DNA of 34,582 nucleotides from Candidatus Bathyarchaeia archaeon (GCA_038825355.1 JAWBPF010000003.1:1-34582), one strand, 5' to 3'; counted from the first letter of the stretch, positions 1 through 9,020 are shown. Notes: generated by a model from the sequence alone, not told the origin. Numbers and translations: made by a program.

Positions 1-294
1 GAAGAGGAGTATGTGAAGCAGGTAGTGGAGGAGACGGGTAAGGGTAAGATGCAGCTCTACGATGGTCTAAGGGATCTAGGCTTAGAGTATATTCCAAGTG
101 CGGCAAACTTTATACTGGTAAGACTTGGAGGAAATGCCCCTATCATCGTCCAGGAGTTAATGAAGAAGGGTATTATAACCCGTTATATGGGTCCATGGGG
201 TTTGCCGGATCATATACGTGTAACGATAGGTACAGAGGAGGAGAACAGGGCTTTCCTGAAGGCCCTAGAGGAATCTGTGAAACCGTTGAGGTAG
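1..294 (+). CDS. hisC: Histidinol-phosphate aminotransferase-like PLP enzyme, C-terminal part (5' truncated by window)
   Basis: Frame is open from base 1. PSAANFILV and HIRVTIGTEEEN are typical of the HisC/class II aminotransferase C-terminus. Confidence 0.8.
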   Translation, partial: EEEYVKQVVEETGKGKMQLYDGLRDLGLEYIPSAANFILVRLGGNAPIIVQELMKKGIITRYMGPWGLPDHIRVTIGTEEENRAFLKALEESVKPLR

Positions 295-305
295 CGGTAG
301 CCTAA

Positions 306-1202
306 TCACGCTATTTTGAAGAGTGGATGAGGAGGCTTAGGACGGATCCCATCCTCAAAGGATAGGTAGCCTAAAGCTGCATCTACCATGGCTACAGCTG
401 GGAAAACCTTCGGAGCATGCTCTATAGGACCGTATAATATGAAGTCGGCTCCGAAGCATGCAGCAATAACCGAGGCTGAAGCTAGCGAAGGATCCCTGGC
501 CTGCAACCCCATCTTACTCTTTAAACCCCTCCAGGTCTCCACAGCGTTATGGGCACCGCAGCCGACGGGTAGACCTAGCCTGTCTTTAACCTCCATTAAA
601 GCCTTAGAGGCTGAGCCCAGAGAAGGTATGTCCAAGACGGCTGTATCCACTAAGGGACGTTTAACTGCTTCGCCGACCATCTCCAATGTTTTCTCAGCGA
701 GCTCCACCCTACCCTTGCTGGTATAAGCCTTAGATGAAAAAGTTAATATTACAGCTGCGTCAATGCCGGAAAGACTCAAGATTCTAAGCTCTTCAGCCTT
801 AAAATCAGGTGTGAGAGAATTATATATCAGAGGCTCCCCTAATCCTAACTCCTTAAGCACTTTAACGGCTTCTATCCTGATATCAGCTGTAACGCCGTCC
901 ACCAGTAAAGGCATATCGGTAACGGCGGCTGCGAACTCTAAATGTCGTACTAGGGCATCGGCAGTAGATCCAACCACGTCTAGCATGCATGGGTTACCTG
1001 TCTTATCCGAGAATTCCTCCTGTAAACTAATAAGCCTCTCAGCCTCCTCCCTGTTGAATTCTCCCTTATCTTCATCTAAGTGAAGCTTCTCTCTAGAGTA
1101 GAAGATGGATCCTATGAGGCAGATTGGACGCCTACCCGGCTCCCCGCCTATCTCTACATCGCCTATCCTAAACCTCTTCTGCTCAACGTTAAACCTGAAC
1201 AT
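306..1202 (-). CDS. mtrH: Tetrahydromethanopterin S-methyltransferase subunit H family (MtrH/MtgA-like pterin-binding methyltransferase)
   Basis: N-terminal F..EQK.F.IG.V.IGG.PG..P..LIGSIFY, plus EFSDKTGNP, GCGAHNA and GADFILYGPIE motifs. Confidence 0.9.
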   Translation of the reverse strand: MFRFNVEQKRFRIGDVEIGGEPGRRPICLIGSIFYSREKLHLDEDKGEFNREEAERLISLQEEFSDKTGNPCMLDVVGSTADALVRHLEFAAAVTDMPLLVDGVTADIRIEAVKVLKELGLGEPLIYNSLTPDFKAEELRILSLSGIDAAVILTFSSKAYTSKGRVELAEKTLEMVGEAVKRPLVDTAVLDIPSLGSASKALMEVKDRLGLPVGCGAHNAVETWRGLKSKMGLQARDPSLASASVIAACFGADFILYGPIEHAPKVFPAVAMVDAALGYLSFEDGIRPKPPHPLFKIA

Positions 1203-1308
1203 AACCTATAAAAATAGGGGATATGGAATATATCCCTTTCCATTTTTATGGGGTAATTATCTGGAATGATCCATGAAGGGTTACCTAGCCTAAAATTTTT
1301 CACTCTAT

Positions 1309-1321
1309 AAAAACTTATAAG
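1309..1321 (+). promoter_or_regulatory. Putative BRE/TATA promoter of the tRNA gene
   Basis: AAAACTTATAAG lies about 25-30 nt upstream of the GGGCCCGC leader and tRNA 5' end. Confidence 0.5.
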
Positions 1322-1352
1322 TAGACGATACACCTCTCCAATAAGGGCCCGC

Positions 1353-1513
1353 GGGCCCGTAAGGCGCGTTAAGCGTTCGGGAAGCTCAGCCAGGAAGAGC
1401 ACCGGAAGGGTTTAAACCCTGGTGAAGCTTTTAACCCTGGTGTAAGGGGAGGCCACCCGGAAAGGCTTAAAAGCCTTGGGGAGGGGTCCCGGGTTCGAAT
1501 CCCGGCGGGCCCG
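1353..1513 (+). tRNA. tRNA-Lys(UUU) with four BHB introns (1362-1383, 1406-1426, 1434-1454, 1461-1483); CCA not encoded
   Basis: Joining exons 1353-1361, 1384-1405, 1427-1433, 1455-1460 and 1484-1513 gives a fully paired 74-nt cloverleaf: GGGCCCG TA GCTC AGCCAGGAA GAGC A CCGGG CTTTTAA CCCGG GGGTC CCGGG TTCGAAT CCCGG CGGGCCC G. Each removed segment sits in a bulge-helix-bulge motif. Confidence 0.93.
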
Positions 1514-1582
1514 TAAAACCAACAATAAACTTTATTAAAAGCCCGAAAAGCCTATAACTTGCCCACAAGGTGGGTCCTTCAA

Positions 1583-1837
1583 GTGAAAAGAGAGGATAAA
1601 CAAACCTATAACGTGTTGAATCACGCACTAGTTCCCAGGCATATACTCCTTACAGAGGAGGAAGCTGAAGAGCTATTAAAAAAATATCATGTAAAACCTT
1701 ATCAGCTACCCTATATTAAGGTATCCGATCCGGCGGCGAAAGCAGTGGGAGCGAAGCCTGGCGACATAATAAAGATAGTAAGGCGGAGCCCCACCGCAGG
1801 CGAAGCCATAGCCTATAGATACGCTGTGGAGGACTAG
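1583..1837 (+). CDS. rpoH: DNA-directed RNA polymerase subunit H (Rpo5)
   Basis: HALVPRH, LPYIKVSDP and PGDIIKIVRRSPTAG motifs. GTG at 1583 follows an AGGTGG SD-like site; the ORF-track start at 1559 is the alternative. Confidence 0.95.
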   Translation: MKREDKQTYNVLNHALVPRHILLTEEEAEELLKKYHVKPYQLPYIKVSDPAAKAVGAKPGDIIKIVRRSPTAGEAIAYRYAVED

Positions 1838-1839
1838 AA

Positions 1840-4800
1840 ATGGGAGACTACTGGAGCCTAATAGAGCGGTTCCTTCAGGAAGAGGGCTTAGTTAGGCAGC
1901 ATATAGACTCATACAACGACTTTATAGACTACGACATTCAAGCCATAATCGATGAGACAAAGGAGATACCTATAGAGGCTGAGAAATACTCGTTAAAGAT
2001 AAGGTTTGGAAGGATATCTGTAGGCACTCCAAGGGTTATAGAAGTGGATGGTGCTGAGCGTCAAATATACCCCATGGAGGCCAGGATCAGGAATCTGGCA
2101 TATTCCGCCCCAATACATCTAGAAATGACGACGATGATAGACGGCAGAGAGGCTAGGACAGAACTAGTATACATAGGCGATATGCCGGTGATGTTGAAAT
2201 CTAAGATTTGCCCCCTCAGCAGATTAACCCCTGAAGAGCTCCGTAAGATAGGTGAGGACCCCCTAGATCCAGGGGGCTACTTCATAGTAAACGGTTCAGA
2301 ACGTGTAATAGTAGGCTTAGAGGATCTCGTCCCAAATAGGATACTGGTCGAATCCGAGCATACAGGAGTAACCCCCACCTATAAGGCTAAGATATTCTCG
2401 ACAACCGTTGGATTCAGGGCTAGGATAGAAGCTAAGATGAAGAACGACGGCGCCATATACGTATCAACTCCGGGGATACCCGTAGAAGTTCCAATTATTA
2501 TCTTGATAAAGGCGCTAGGAATAGAAGAGGATATAAGGATTGCTGAGATGGTCTCCCCGAGGGAGGAGATCCAAGCTGAAATCGCCCCATCCTTCGAAAA
2601 GGCTTCAGGCATAATATCCCAGAGGGATGCGTTGCAGTACCTTGGAAACCGGCTGGCTCCAGGCCAAGTTGAAGAGTACCGGATGAGAAAAGCTGAGAAC
2701 CTCATAGATAGAAACCTCCTCCCACATATTGGAACCACTCCCGAGAAAAGGGTTGAGAAGGCCTACCTCCTAGCGGAGATAGCACGAAGAATCATCGAGC
2801 TGAAACTCGGAATAAGAGACGAAGACGATAAAGACCATTACGCGAATAAGAGGCTGAAGCTTGCAGGCCCTCTATTATCCGACCTCTTCAGGATAGCCTT
2901 TAGAACCCTTACAAGGGACATGAAGTATCAGCTTGAAAAAGTGATAATAAGACGGCACGGCGAGATACTAGTATCCAACGCTGTACGTCCAGGGATCATA
3001 ACCGAAAGGCTGCAGCATGCCATAGCTACAGGCAACTGGGTGAGGGGAAGGGTTGGGATAACCCAGCTGCTGGATAGGACGAGCTACTACTCCACATTAA
3101 GCCATCTTCGAAGGCTTCAATCCCCCCTAAGTAGAAGCCAGCCCAACTTAGAGGCAAGGGATCTACATTCAACCCACTGGGGAAGGCTGTGTCCAAATGA
3201 GACCCCCGAAGGCTCAAATTGTGGTCTAGTAAAGAACCTAGCCCTCTCAGCTGAGATCTCGGTAGGCTGTCCAGTGGAATCCGTTATCGAAACCCTTAAA
3301 GAGTTAGGGGTAACCCCCATAGAGGAGGCCTCAAAGGATCTCCGCATTAAAGGCACGAAGATCTTTGTAGATGGGATACTAATAGGATACACGGAGGATC
3401 CGGAAACCTTAGTGGCAGCCGTAAGGAGGAGACGAAGGGAGGGAAAGTTAAGCAGTCAACTCAATGCAGCCTATTATCCAGCCCAAAGCCCCGAAGGAGA
3501 GGATGAGATAATAGTAAACTGCGATGCAGGAAGGGTTCGTAGACCCTTAATAGTGGTAGAGAATGGAATACCATTACTAAGCGGAGAAGAGATAGCTAAA
3601 GTCGAAGGAGGCGAGCAGCCTTGGCTATCCCTAATAGAGAGAGGCATAATAGAATATTTGGATTCAGACGAGGAGGAGAACGCCCTAGTAGCCTTAGACC
3701 CCTCCCAGATTACATCTGAAACCACGCATTTAGAGATATCCCCATACGCCATCCTTGGAATATGTGCATCCCTAATACCCTACGCGGAGCATAATCAGTC
3801 TCCTAGAAACGCCTATGAATCAGCCATGGCTAAACAGGCACTCGGAGTATATGCCAGCAATTATTTTAATAGGGTTGACTCTAGAGCTCACATCCTGCAT
3901 TACCCTCAAGCCCCGATAGTTACGGCTAAAAGCTTGAAAACCACCCAGTATAATCGCCGTCCATCAGGACAAAACTGTATAGTGGCCGTGCTCACATCCC
4001 AAAGCTATAATATGGAAGATGCAATAATAATGAATAAGTCCTCCGTAGATAGGGGACTTGCCAGATCCACGTTCTTCAGGACTTATGAAGGCGAATCCAG
4101 ACAATACTTGGGAGGGCTCAGGGATAAGTTCGAGGTACCCGACCCTAACATAAGGGGATACAGGGGAGACCAATATTATAGGCTGCTCGAGGAGGATGGG
4201 GTAATACCTGTAGAGGTGGAAGTGGAGGGAAACACTGTTCTCATAGGAAGGACAAGTCCTCCAAGATTCCTGGAGGAGTATAGGGAATTCGAGGTCTCAG
4301 GCCCTGCGAGGAGGGACTCCTCAATATGTATGCGCCCATCAGAGCTAGGCGTCACCGACGCAGTCTTCATAACGGAGTCTATAGACGGGAACAAGCTGGT
4401 AAAGGTCCGAGTTAGAGATACGAGGATCCCTGAATTAGGCGATAAATTCGCTTCAAGGCATGGCCAGAAAGGGGTTATAGGCCTACTGGTTCCAGCTGAA
4501 GATATGCCCTTCACAGAGTACGGTATAACACCGGATATAATAATAAATCCCCACGCATTCCCATCGAGGATGACTATGGGACAGTTCATAGAGTCTATAG
4601 CAGGTAAGCTAGGCGCGGCTGAAGGAAGATTTATAGACGGCACACCCTTCGGCGGGGAAGGACAGGAGATCCTGAGGCGGCAACTATTAAAAGAAGGCTT
4701 CCAATATAACGGCAGAGAAGTATTATATAATGGGATAAGCGGTGAGAGGCTTGACGTAGAAGTATTCATAGGGATCGTATATTATCAGAAGCTGCATCAC

Positions 4801-5175
4801 ATGGTTGCGGATAAGATGCACGCCAGGGCGAGAGGACAGGTACAGATGCTCACACGACAGCCCACTGAGGGAAGGGCTCGTGGAGGAGGCTTAAGATTTG
4901 GTGAGATGGAACGGGACTGCCTTATAGGCCACGGAGCATCAGCCCTCTTAATGGACCGCCTACTTGAGGAATCCGATAAAGTCACGATCCTAATATGCGA
5001 GGAATGTGGATTAATAGCATACTATGATGTGAAACAGAACCGTTACGTATGTCGCATATGCGGAGAAAAGGCTAAGATATCCCCCATAGCACTATCATAT
5101 GCCTTCAAGCTACTCCTTCAAGAGCTTATGGCTTTAGGTATAGCCCCTAGATTAGAGTTAAAGGAGAAGACCTAA
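1840..5175 (+). CDS. rpoB: DNA-directed RNA polymerase subunit B (Rpo2), unsplit
   Basis: GGYFIVNGSERV, GDKFASRHGQKG, RFGEMERD and a C-terminal Zn ribbon; 1111 aa with no intein-sized insert. Confidence 0.98.
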   Translation: MGDYWSLIERFLQEEGLVRQHIDSYNDFIDYDIQAIIDETKEIPIEAEKYSLKIRFGRISVGTPRVIEVDGAERQIYPMEARIRNLAYSAPIHLEMTTMIDGREARTELVYIGDMPVMLKSKICPLSRLTPEELRKIGEDPLDPGGYFIVNGSERVIVGLEDLVPNRILVESEHTGVTPTYKAKIFSTTVGFRARIEAKMKNDGAIYVSTPGIPVEVPIIILIKALGIEEDIRIAEMVSPREEIQAEIAPSFEKASGIISQRDALQYLGNRLAPGQVEEYRMRKAENLIDRNLLPHIGTTPEKRVEKAYLLAEIARRIIELKLGIRDEDDKDHYANKRLKLAGPLLSDLFRIAFRTLTRDMKYQLEKVIIRRHGEILVSNAVRPGIITERLQHAIATGNWVRGRVGITQLLDRTSYYSTLSHLRRLQSPLSRSQPNLEARDLHSTHWGRLCPNETPEGSNCGLVKNLALSAEISVGCPVESVIETLKELGVTPIEEASKDLRIKGTKIFVDGILIGYTEDPETLVAAVRRRRREGKLSSQLNAAYYPAQSPEGEDEIIVNCDAGRVRRPLIVVENGIPLLSGEEIAKVEGGEQPWLSLIERGIIEYLDSDEEENALVALDPSQITSETTHLEISPYAILGICASLIPYAEHNQSPRNAYESAMAKQALGVYASNYFNRVDSRAHILHYPQAPIVTAKSLKTTQYNRRPSGQNCIVAVLTSQSYNMEDAIIMNKSSVDRGLARSTFFRTYEGESRQYLGGLRDKFEVPDPNIRGYRGDQYYRLLEEDGVIPVEVEVEGNTVLIGRTSPPRFLEEYREFEVSGPARRDSSICMRPSELGVTDAVFITESIDGNKLVKVRVRDTRIPELGDKFASRHGQKGVIGLLVPAEDMPFTEYGITPDIIINPHAFPSRMTMGQFIESIAGKLGAAEGRFIDGTPFGGEGQEILRRQLLKEGFQYNGREVLYNGISGERLDVEVFIGIVYYQKLHHMVADKMHARARGQVQMLTRQPTEGRARGGGLRFGEMERDCLIGHGASALLMDRLLEESDKVTILICEECGLIAYYDVKQNRYVCRICGEKAKISPIALSYAFKLLLQELMALGIAPRLELKEKT

Positions 5176-8100
5176 ATGATTGTCGGCGAAGAACTCTTCA
5201 AAGCCGTAGATTCGATAAGATTCACCCTCTCATCCCCGAGCGAGATTAGAAAGATGTCTGTAGTCGAGGTGCAGACAGCTGACACATACGACGAGGATGG
5301 AGTCCCAATACCTTCAGGCCTAATGGATGGAAGGCTGGGAACATTAGAGCCTAGACAGAAATGTAAAACCTGCGGAAACACGGCGGTCAACTGCCCAGGC
5401 CACTTCGGGCACATCGAATTGGCTGAGCCGGTAATCCACGTCTCATTCGTCAAGATCATACATAGGCTTCTAACATCCACTTGCAGGAGTTGTGGAAGGA
5501 TACTCCTCCCAGAGGAACGAGTATCCCACTATCTAGAGGAGATAGAGCATAAGAGGGAAGTATTCAATATAGCTCCTGAAGGCATATATGATGCGATATA
5601 TAAGGAGGCTAAGAAATCCCGGGAATGCCCGTATTGTGGAGCCGAGCAATACGAGATAGAGTATATGAAGCCGACTACTTTCCATGAGCTTAGGGAAAGC
5701 GGCGCAATCAGGCTGACTCCAGGAGCGGTAAGGGAACGCCTAGAAAGGATATCGGAAGGAGACCTACTTCTTTTCGGTATAAACTCTAAAGCGGCGAGAC
5801 CTGAATGGGCTGTGCTCCAGGTGCTCCCCGTGCCCCCCGTCACAGTGAGGCCCTCCATAACCCTAGAATCCGGCGTGAGATCAGAGGACGATCTAACTCA
5901 TAAACTCGTAGATATAATAAGGATAAACCAGAAACTTAGGGAGGCATTGGACTCAGGGGTGCCGGTGAACATAATTCAAGAGCTCCACGACCTCCTCCAA
6001 TACCATGTAACCACATACTTCGATAATGAGGTTTCAGGTATCCCTCCGGCGAGGCATAGATCGGGAAGGGCGTTGAAGACGCTCTCTCAGAGGCTCAAAG
6101 GGAAGGAAGGAAGATTCAGGGGCAATCTATCAGGAAAAAGAGTTGACTTTTCAGCGAGGACGGTTATATCCCCAGACCCCAATCTTGAACTCAACGAAGT
6201 AGGCGTCCCGATAGATGTAGCCTCTCGTTTAACAGTTCCAGTTAACGTTACCCCCTGGAACCTGGATGAGATGAGGGAGTTGGTGCGAAACGGTCCAGAT
6301 AAGTATCCAGGCGCATTATACGTTATACGTCCAGACAACCGTAGGGTACGTCTTGAATTCGTCTCCGGAAGGGAGGAATTAGCTGAAGCCTTACAGCCAG
6401 GCTTCATAGTTGAAAGGCATCTTAGAGATGGAGACATCGTATTATTCAATAGGCAGCCTTCACTTCATCGCATGTCTATCATGGCCCACAGGGTTAAGGT
6501 TTTACCTTATAAAACGTTCAGGCTTAATCCATGCGTCTGCCCACCATACAACGCGGACTTCGACGGTGATGAGATGAACCTCCACGTCCCACAGAGCGAG
6601 GAAGCACGCACCGAGGCTAGGCTTTTAATGCAGGTACAAGACCAGATATTATCGCCAAGATACGGTGGTCCAATAATAGGCGCAATAAGGGATCATCTAA
6701 GCGCCTCCTATCTTTTAACCCATAAATCCACGTATCTAGCTAAGGATGCTGTCGCTAGGCTCCTTGTGGCAGCTGGATACGAGGGATCCCTACCAGAGCC
6801 GGAGGTTAAAGAGCCGACGCCATTATGGAGTGGGAAACAGATATTCAGCTTATTCATCCCTAAAGATCTCAACTTCATCTCGAAGTCAAGCATCTGCGGT
6901 ATATATAAATGCGAAGCATGTCTACGTGAAAACTGCCCATACGACGCCTACATAGTTATAAAGGATGGACGGCTCGTTACAGGAGTAATAGATAAGGCGA
7001 CTATCGGAGCTGAAAAATCTGAAAGCCTTCTACATAGGATAGTGAAAGACTACGGCCCAGGCTACGGTAAAAAATTCCTAGACTCAATATCTAAGCTGCT
7101 GGACAGGTTCATAACCCTTAGGGGATTCACATACTCCCTGGATGAACTCGACATACCAGATGAGGTTAAGAGGGAGATAGATCAAATCATAGAGGATTCG
7201 GAGAATAATGTGAAAAAGCTCATAGAAAAGTATAAGGTTGGTGAGCTTGAGAGGCTTCCAGGACAAACCTTAGAGGAATCCTTAGAGATATACATTATGA
7301 ACGAGCTTTCAAAGGCCAGAGATAAGGCAGGGGAACGCGTAGAGGAATACTTCACGTTAGGGAATTCCGGCATAGTAATGGCTGCGACAGGGGCTCGTGG
7401 ATCCATGTTAAATATTGGTCAGATGTCCGCCTGCCTCGGGCAGCAATCCATAAGAGGTAAACGCATCTCCAGAGGCTATAAGGGGAGAACCCTGCCTTTC
7501 TTTAAGCCTGGAGATGCAGGAGCAGCCGCAAGGGGATTCGTATATTCATGTTATAGGGATGGCTTAAGCCCCATGGAGTTCTTCTTCCATGCGATGGGAG
7601 GTAGAGAAGGCCTAGTAGATACGGCGGTGAGGACCCAGCAGAGCGGATACATGCAGAGGAGGCTGATAAACGCGTTAGAGCATATACGCGTCGAATATGA
7701 TGGCACTGTCCGAGACTCCGATGGAGATATAATCCAATTCGATTATGGCGAGGACGGCGTAGACGCGGCTAAAAGCGATCATGGAAAAGCGGTAAACGTA
7801 GAAAACATTATCGCAAGGGTGAGATTAAAGCATGGGAAGGGAGGGGCGGCGCCTCCCAACTACATTGAGAAGCATGTAAATGAAGCGGCTTCAAAGCTTA
7901 CTCCAATACTCCATAAAACCCTAATGGAATCCCTGAAGAAATCTGGGCTTACCAGGAAGGGAGTGGATGAAGTAATAAGGTTGACCCTTAGAAGCTATAG
8001 GCGATCCCTAATAGAGGCAGGCGAGGCCGCAGGTATAGTATCAGCCCAATCCATAGGTGAGCCTGGAACTCAGATGACCCTGAGGACCTTCCATTATGCT

Positions 8101-9015
8101 GGCGTCAGGGAAAGAAACGTAACCCTTGGCCTTCCAAGATTGATCGAGATAGTCGACGCGCGGAGAACCCCTTCAACACCGAGTATGACCGTGTATTTAG
8201 ATAAGGATCATAGGAGGGATAGGTCCCAAGCGGAGGAGATAGCGAACATGATAACCCATACGACGATCAGAGACGTTGCAGATCTGATAGAATCGGATAT
8301 TATAGAGATGACTATCAGGATCATTTTAAACCCTGAGGCCATGGCTAAGAGGAGTGTTTCCTTAGAAGAGGTTAAGAAGGCCTTAACCCTCCCTCACTGC
8401 GAGGTCTCAGCAGACGGCTGTGAAGTGACCTTGGAGGTTAAGGGTAGAGACATACCCCAGTTTAGGCGTTTAGCCGCCCATATACCTGATCTGAAGGTTA
8501 AGGGATTAACGGCGGTTAAAAGGGCTTTATTGGTGGAAGAGGAAGGCGAATGGATAATAGTCACGGAGGGATCAAGCCTAAAGTCTATAATGGCTGTGCC
8601 TGGAGTGGATCCCACCAGGACCATATCAAATAATATCCATGAGGTTGCTGAAGTATTAGGGGTAGAAGCAGCTAGAAACGTGATAGTAAAAGAGTCTCTT
8701 GAAGTCTTAGAGGAGCAGGGATTAGACGTAGATATAAGACATATCATGCTCGTAGCGGATGCGATGACGGCCTCAGGTGAGGTGAAGCAGGTTGGCCGAC
8801 ATGGAATAAGCGGAGGGAAGGCGAGTACTCTGGCTAGAGCCGCATTCGAGATAACAGTTCCAACACTAGTGGATGCCGCGTTAAAGGGAGCTAGGGATGA
8901 GCTGAAGGGAGTCGCTGAAAACGTCATAGTGGGGCAGCAGATACCCATGGGTACTGGGCTTATAGAGGTTTACATGACGCTGCCTGAGAGGACCGATGAA
9001 AAGGAAGGGGAGTAG
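5176..9015 (+). CDS. rpoA1: DNA-directed RNA polymerase subunit A, fused A'+A'' (Rpo1)
   Basis: NADFDGDEMN catalytic motif, CPGHFGH, and A'' motifs (QSIGEPGTQMTLRTFH, LARAAFE) in one 1279-aa ORF. Confidence 0.97.
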   Translation: MIVGEELFKAVDSIRFTLSSPSEIRKMSVVEVQTADTYDEDGVPIPSGLMDGRLGTLEPRQKCKTCGNTAVNCPGHFGHIELAEPVIHVSFVKIIHRLLTSTCRSCGRILLPEERVSHYLEEIEHKREVFNIAPEGIYDAIYKEAKKSRECPYCGAEQYEIEYMKPTTFHELRESGAIRLTPGAVRERLERISEGDLLLFGINSKAARPEWAVLQVLPVPPVTVRPSITLESGVRSEDDLTHKLVDIIRINQKLREALDSGVPVNIIQELHDLLQYHVTTYFDNEVSGIPPARHRSGRALKTLSQRLKGKEGRFRGNLSGKRVDFSARTVISPDPNLELNEVGVPIDVASRLTVPVNVTPWNLDEMRELVRNGPDKYPGALYVIRPDNRRVRLEFVSGREELAEALQPGFIVERHLRDGDIVLFNRQPSLHRMSIMAHRVKVLPYKTFRLNPCVCPPYNADFDGDEMNLHVPQSEEARTEARLLMQVQDQILSPRYGGPIIGAIRDHLSASYLLTHKSTYLAKDAVARLLVAAGYEGSLPEPEVKEPTPLWSGKQIFSLFIPKDLNFISKSSICGIYKCEACLRENCPYDAYIVIKDGRLVTGVIDKATIGAEKSESLLHRIVKDYGPGYGKKFLDSISKLLDRFITLRGFTYSLDELDIPDEVKREIDQIIEDSENNVKKLIEKYKVGELERLPGQTLEESLEIYIMNELSKARDKAGERVEEYFTLGNSGIVMAATGARGSMLNIGQMSACLGQQSIRGKRISRGYKGRTLPFFKPGDAGAAARGFVYSCYRDGLSPMEFFFHAMGGREGLVDTAVRTQQSGYMQRRLINALEHIRVEYDGTVRDSDGDIIQFDYGEDGVDAAKSDHGKAVNVENIIARVRLKHGKGGAAPPNYIEKHVNEAASKLTPILHKTLMESLKKSGLTRKGVDEVIRLTLRSYRRSLIEAGEAAGIVSAQSIGEPGTQMTLRTFHYAGVRERNVTLGLPRLIEIVDARRTPSTPSMTVYLDKDHRRDRSQAEEIANMITHTTIRDVADLIESDIIEMTIRIILNPEAMAKRSVSLEEVKKALTLPHCEVSADGCEVTLEVKGRDIPQFRRLAAHIPDLKVKGLTAVKRALLVEEEGEWIIVTEGSSLKSIMAVPGVDPTRTISNNIHEVAEVLGVEAARNVIVKESLEVLEEQGLDVDIRHIMLVADAMTASGEVKQVGRHGISGGKASTLARAAFEITVPTLVDAALKGARDELKGVAENVIVGQQIPMGTGLIEVYMTLPERTDEKEGE

Positions 9016-9020
9016 GCTGA

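Noticed and set aside
1345-1352. Possible fifth intron or alternative tRNA start at 1345
   Set aside because: An 8-nt insert is too short and forms no BHB. The intron 1 BHB already explains a start at 1353.
1163-1402. 79-aa minus-strand ORF
   Set aside because: It overlaps the tRNA, its promoter and the mtrH start, and has no protein-like motifs.
1840-9015. Inteins in rpoB or rpoA, and the many antisense ORFs within them
   Set aside because: Lengths are normal with no intein-like insert. The antisense ORFs are codon-bias shadows of the real genes.
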